Positions 62,001-64,000 of a DNA stretch of 64,000 bases are shown piece by piece. Numbering within the stretch: position 1 is the stretch's first letter; each line of letters opens with the position of its first letter. The DNA lies in NCBI GenBank assembly GCA_043719555.1, contig JAYSTR010000085.1:672-64671 (forward strand), read 5' to 3'. This DNA is from Bacteroidota bacterium. GTDB taxonomy: Bacteria > Bacteroidota > Bacteroidia > B-17B0 > Aurantibacillaceae. A program made the translations under genes and the position numbers. The notes under the pieces are model-generated. The model ran no database searches. It saw only the letters and a program-made list of their open reading frames with translations, and was not told the origin of the DNA.

Positions 62001-64000
62001 TCTATAGATTTATTTTGTTTTGCTAAAGCTTCATTTTCTTTATCCTGAGCATTGCTATACCCACCAATTTTAGAAGCATCAGTTGGATAACTATCTGTTT
62101 CTTTTCTGATTTTTTGTGCTTGTTTAAAGTTTAAAGCTGCCTCATCAGCTAACATACTCGCTTGCGATAATTCATTACTCGATTTACCCTCTGATAACTT
62201 TTGTAACTCAGTAAGTGTTGTTTGGTTTTTTGTAAATTTTTGTTGATTTTGATTTTCAGCAACTGCTGATGCTTGAAGTTTTTTTATAGTCGCATTTTTT
62301 TCATTTTCAATTGCATCTGCAATTAATTTTTCTCTTTCAGCACCAGTTTTAGTTGCGGATAATTTTCTTAATTCGAAAGCTTTATTATTTAAATCTTCCG
62401 CAGCTGTAGTAAGCATTTCTGCATTACCGTTATTTTCGGCTCTTAAACTATTTTGAGTAGATGTAATTAGGTTATTTAAATTACCTTCTGATTGTTTTGC
62501 TATATCAAATTGTTTTTGAGCATTTTCTTTTAATGATTTCGAAACAGGATCTGAATATTTATTATAAGCAAAAACATCCTCTGCTAAAGAAGTACTTGGT
62601 TTTAAATTATTTTTTATTGCAGTTAATTCATCTATATAATTATCATTGGCTGTTTTAGGAGTTTCATTATTTGTAATTGCCGTCTCATTATTTACAGTTG
62701 GATTAATTACTGAGTTTGTTGTGGTATTGTTTGCTACTGGTTGCTCTTTAGTTATTGGAGTCGTTGTATTAGAAATAATAACTTCCTCATTAGCATTTGT
62801 TTTGTTAGTTACAACTTCATTATTAGTAATAGTATTAGTTGCAATAGTTTGGTTACTTGCTATTGGAGTTGCATCCAGTTGTTTTAATTTAGCAGTATTA
62901 GTAGCAATTACTTTATCGTTATCCGTTTTTTGTTTTTCTAAATTTTTGATTTCGTTGTTGAGTTTCTTCTTATCTGTTAAATTATTTGTTTTAGATATGG
63001 CATTTTTATCCAATGCAATTAAATCAGAAATTTCTTTATTGTAGTTTTTTATTTCAGTTGATTGTTTAGTTATATCATCTTTAGTTGAAGGTGCATTTGA
63101 AATTGCAACTGAGGATGAATACTTATTTTTTAAACCATCAAAAGATAAATTAGAAGCTAGATTATTGTTAGTTGTTTTCGGAATTGTTGAGTTTGTTGAT
63201 GTATTAACTGCAACTGCTTCACTTACAACAGAATTTTGCGCTTCATTTAATATTTTAGATGCAACCGCTAATTCTTTATTAATAGCTTTAATTTCGTTAT
63301 TTAACGTTTCAATTTTTTTATCGTTCGTTGCTAATTGCGTATTGTTTTGTTCAATATCAGCGTTTATCTCTCTTATTTGAGCTTTGATATTATCTTTAAG
63401 TGAATTATCATTTTCATTCGCTAAATCATTTTCTAAAGATTTTAATTCACTTTTTACTGTACCAACTTCTTTTCTAATATCATTGTTTTTGTTTTCAGTT
63501 TTGTTTATTTCATTTTGTTTAAAATCAATTTCAGCTTTTAACGACGTCAACAATTCATCCGATTGATTTTTTTGTTTTGATAGCACGTCTAACTCTTTCT
63601 GAATTTGTTCTAGTTTGGTTAACGCCTCTTTATTATTTTTATTTTTTGTAACAGTTTCTAATTGTTTAATATATTCGTTTGTTAAATCAGCTTCTTTTTG
63701 TTTTTGAGTCGCGTCAACTTCTAGTTTCTTAGCCAAATTCGTGGCCATAGTTGCAATACTAGATGTAGTTTTAGCATCTTCTTTAATCGCATTTGCTTTT
63801 GCAAGCTCTTCGTTTCGTTTATCAACTTCTGTAATTGCGTTAGCACTTGTTATAGCATTATCAGCTAGTTTTTGTTTTTCAGTTGCCTCTGCTGTTTTTT
63901 GTGTAGCTAAATCAAAAGCTTCCTGAGCTTCCTGTTTTAATTTCACTGCATCACTCTGAGCTTCTTTAGCGTCCTCTTTAGCAATATTTAATAATTGTTC
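59060..64000 (-). CDS. Giant coiled-coil protein with three C-terminal SPOR-like repeats; 5' end outside window
   Basis: The frame stays open beyond the GTG at 63946 to the window edge, giving at least 1647 codons. K/E/Q/N-rich heptad segments are interrupted by N/T-rich linkers. The C-terminus carries three repeats of [FY]KVQIGA[FY]K...Y.Y..G.F....A......L...G..DAF[IV]V.Y (about 59100-60200). Confidence 0.8.
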   Translation of the reverse strand, partial: EQLLNIAKEDAKEAQSDAVKLKQEAQEAFDLATQKTAEATEKQKLADNAITSANAITEVDKRNEELAKANAIKEDAKTTSSIATMATNLAKKLEVDATQKQKEADLTNEYIKQLETVTKNKNNKEALTKLEQIQKELDVLSKQKNQSDELLTSLKAEIDFKQNEINKTENKNNDIRKEVGTVKSELKSLENDLANENDNSLKDNIKAQIREINADIEQNNTQLATNDKKIETLNNEIKAINKELAVASKILNEAQNSVVSEAVAVNTSTNSTIPKTTNNNLASNLSFDGLKNKYSSSVAISNAPSTKDDITKQSTEIKNYNKEISDLIALDKNAISKTNNLTDKKKLNNEIKNLEKQKTDNDKVIATNTAKLKQLDATPIASNQTIATNTITNNEVVTNKTNANEEVIISNTTTPITKEQPVANNTTTNSVINPTVNNETAITNNETPKTANDNYIDELTAIKNNLKPSTSLAEDVFAYNKYSDPVSKSLKENAQKQFDIAKQSEGNLNNLITSTQNSLRAENNGNAEMLTTAAEDLNNKAFELRKLSATKTGAEREKLIADAIENEKNATIKKLQASAVAENQNQQKFTKNQTTLTELQKLSEGKSSNELSQASMLADEAALNFKQAQKIRKETDSYPTDASKIGGYSNAQDKENEALAKQNKSIELYTKVNPTYTAKSTTSAISPNEAIAKVNTEVNKSSQNQLDAYFALSKANQTEIKTLTDNIQKSPKFISGNDQKLKDIVINADNLNKEAKNFIGESLIAKTTSEKAQSLLNANNKEIETLKLLNEANDRLFKTDLVSNNETSAVNTTTTVNETPKNNTPANSVTNTEKAVSNNTVNAITNDPVVANTDNSKTNITDGSVPNPKTNNETPVTNPKTTNNITTSGDNLKTANSLTYQNSEAKANKETAEQNLVTANNEEKNIKEKLISLNNENSSDGTPLTQDKISSIETEAENLSKEAIELRKLANSKTGAEKEIDLTKAKELDTQAVSKKVEAADSQQQLNTSTLENNKENLTSLAEMAKGKNIPELASVDTQLSEINQLNEQAKNIRIEANAYPNAAAKLGGYSNANEKEQEAIAKQDALLTTYKKYFSNFVPKQTAVTSLTPEQLTQKNELNTELNAVTKKQTDALTQLNDANEKEYKTRFLTLPQTNSILKTQAQASFKKSQDLKTQANATSDGARKKMLLTEATKNSDEAIAKLNAITNPDIVIKNNNSIAKNTVTTPKNNSTKNTTTLSVKGLEVKNIDAYTADKPIPIDEKMPDGLVFKVQIGAFKAPLPNGTFKGLTPVSAQTTPNGYLRYMAGSFEEIEDAAAVKNDLRKLGYADAFVVAYYNGQRVQMNDAIDKAKSNGKNVELPNDASAGLTDNANIPRNTIVATTPVNAIDTQPVEVTKELEQMNGLLFTVQIGVFSKQVKRSQLYNLRPIYTEKLPNGLYRYTAGIYNQTSNLLGDKRKVVDLGVKDAFVSAYYNAKRVPFAEGQKIQTENNALKMETENPIIFGGVVAPIINSTAVQTNTIASEQYTAATPTIAPFSNGITSGPAPTADNGVKTDDAGVNYKVQIGAYKNQVPNDVASKFLNIKTWPVNNTPINGLYIYTIGSFNAANFAKKLRDEAISVGITDAFIVVYKDGKKLYGAEATSYLNK

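Noticed and set aside
60200-63950. Repetitive N/T-rich and K/E-rich DNA in the giant gene, considered as a possible CRISPR or tandem-repeat array.
   Set aside because: There is no fixed-length repeat-spacer periodicity. The region is one continuous ORF whose repetitiveness reflects low-complexity protein sequence.

Overview
This is a low-GC chromosomal segment from a Bacteroidota (Flavobacteriia-like) genome. Supporting evidence is the type IX secretion translocon gene sprA, several proteins with T9SS C-terminal sorting domains, and TTTG/TAnnTTTG-type promoter boxes. About 90% of the window is ordinary core or housekeeping sequence: ubiX, an nth-bcp fusion, ruvA, plsY, eno, rimO, aroE, tRNA-Asp, pruA, cca, dcp, maeB, rbfA, ftsK, rpsT, mdh, gyrB and clpS. 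It also holds a LytS-type sensor kinase and LytTR regulator pair next to a 1087-aa T9SS cargo protein, a DUF4230/DUF5819-like/HTTM-like membrane trio, and a giant (>1646 aa, truncated by the window edge) coiled-coil protein ending in three SPOR-like repeats. The most unusual locus is a ~1.5 kb insert between plsY and eno (about 18.97-20.48 kb). It carries two orphan ORFs, each bracketed by its own GTTAG/CTAAC-core inverted repeat. A 174-nt nested imperfect palindrome separates them, and its R-box/spacer/L-box/bulge layout resembles an integron attC site. I read this as a possible two-cassette, integrase-less integron-like array (CALIN-like). That reading is inference from hand-read sequence and needs covariance-model and comparative checks. 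I saw no CRISPR array, rRNA, transposase or prophage.
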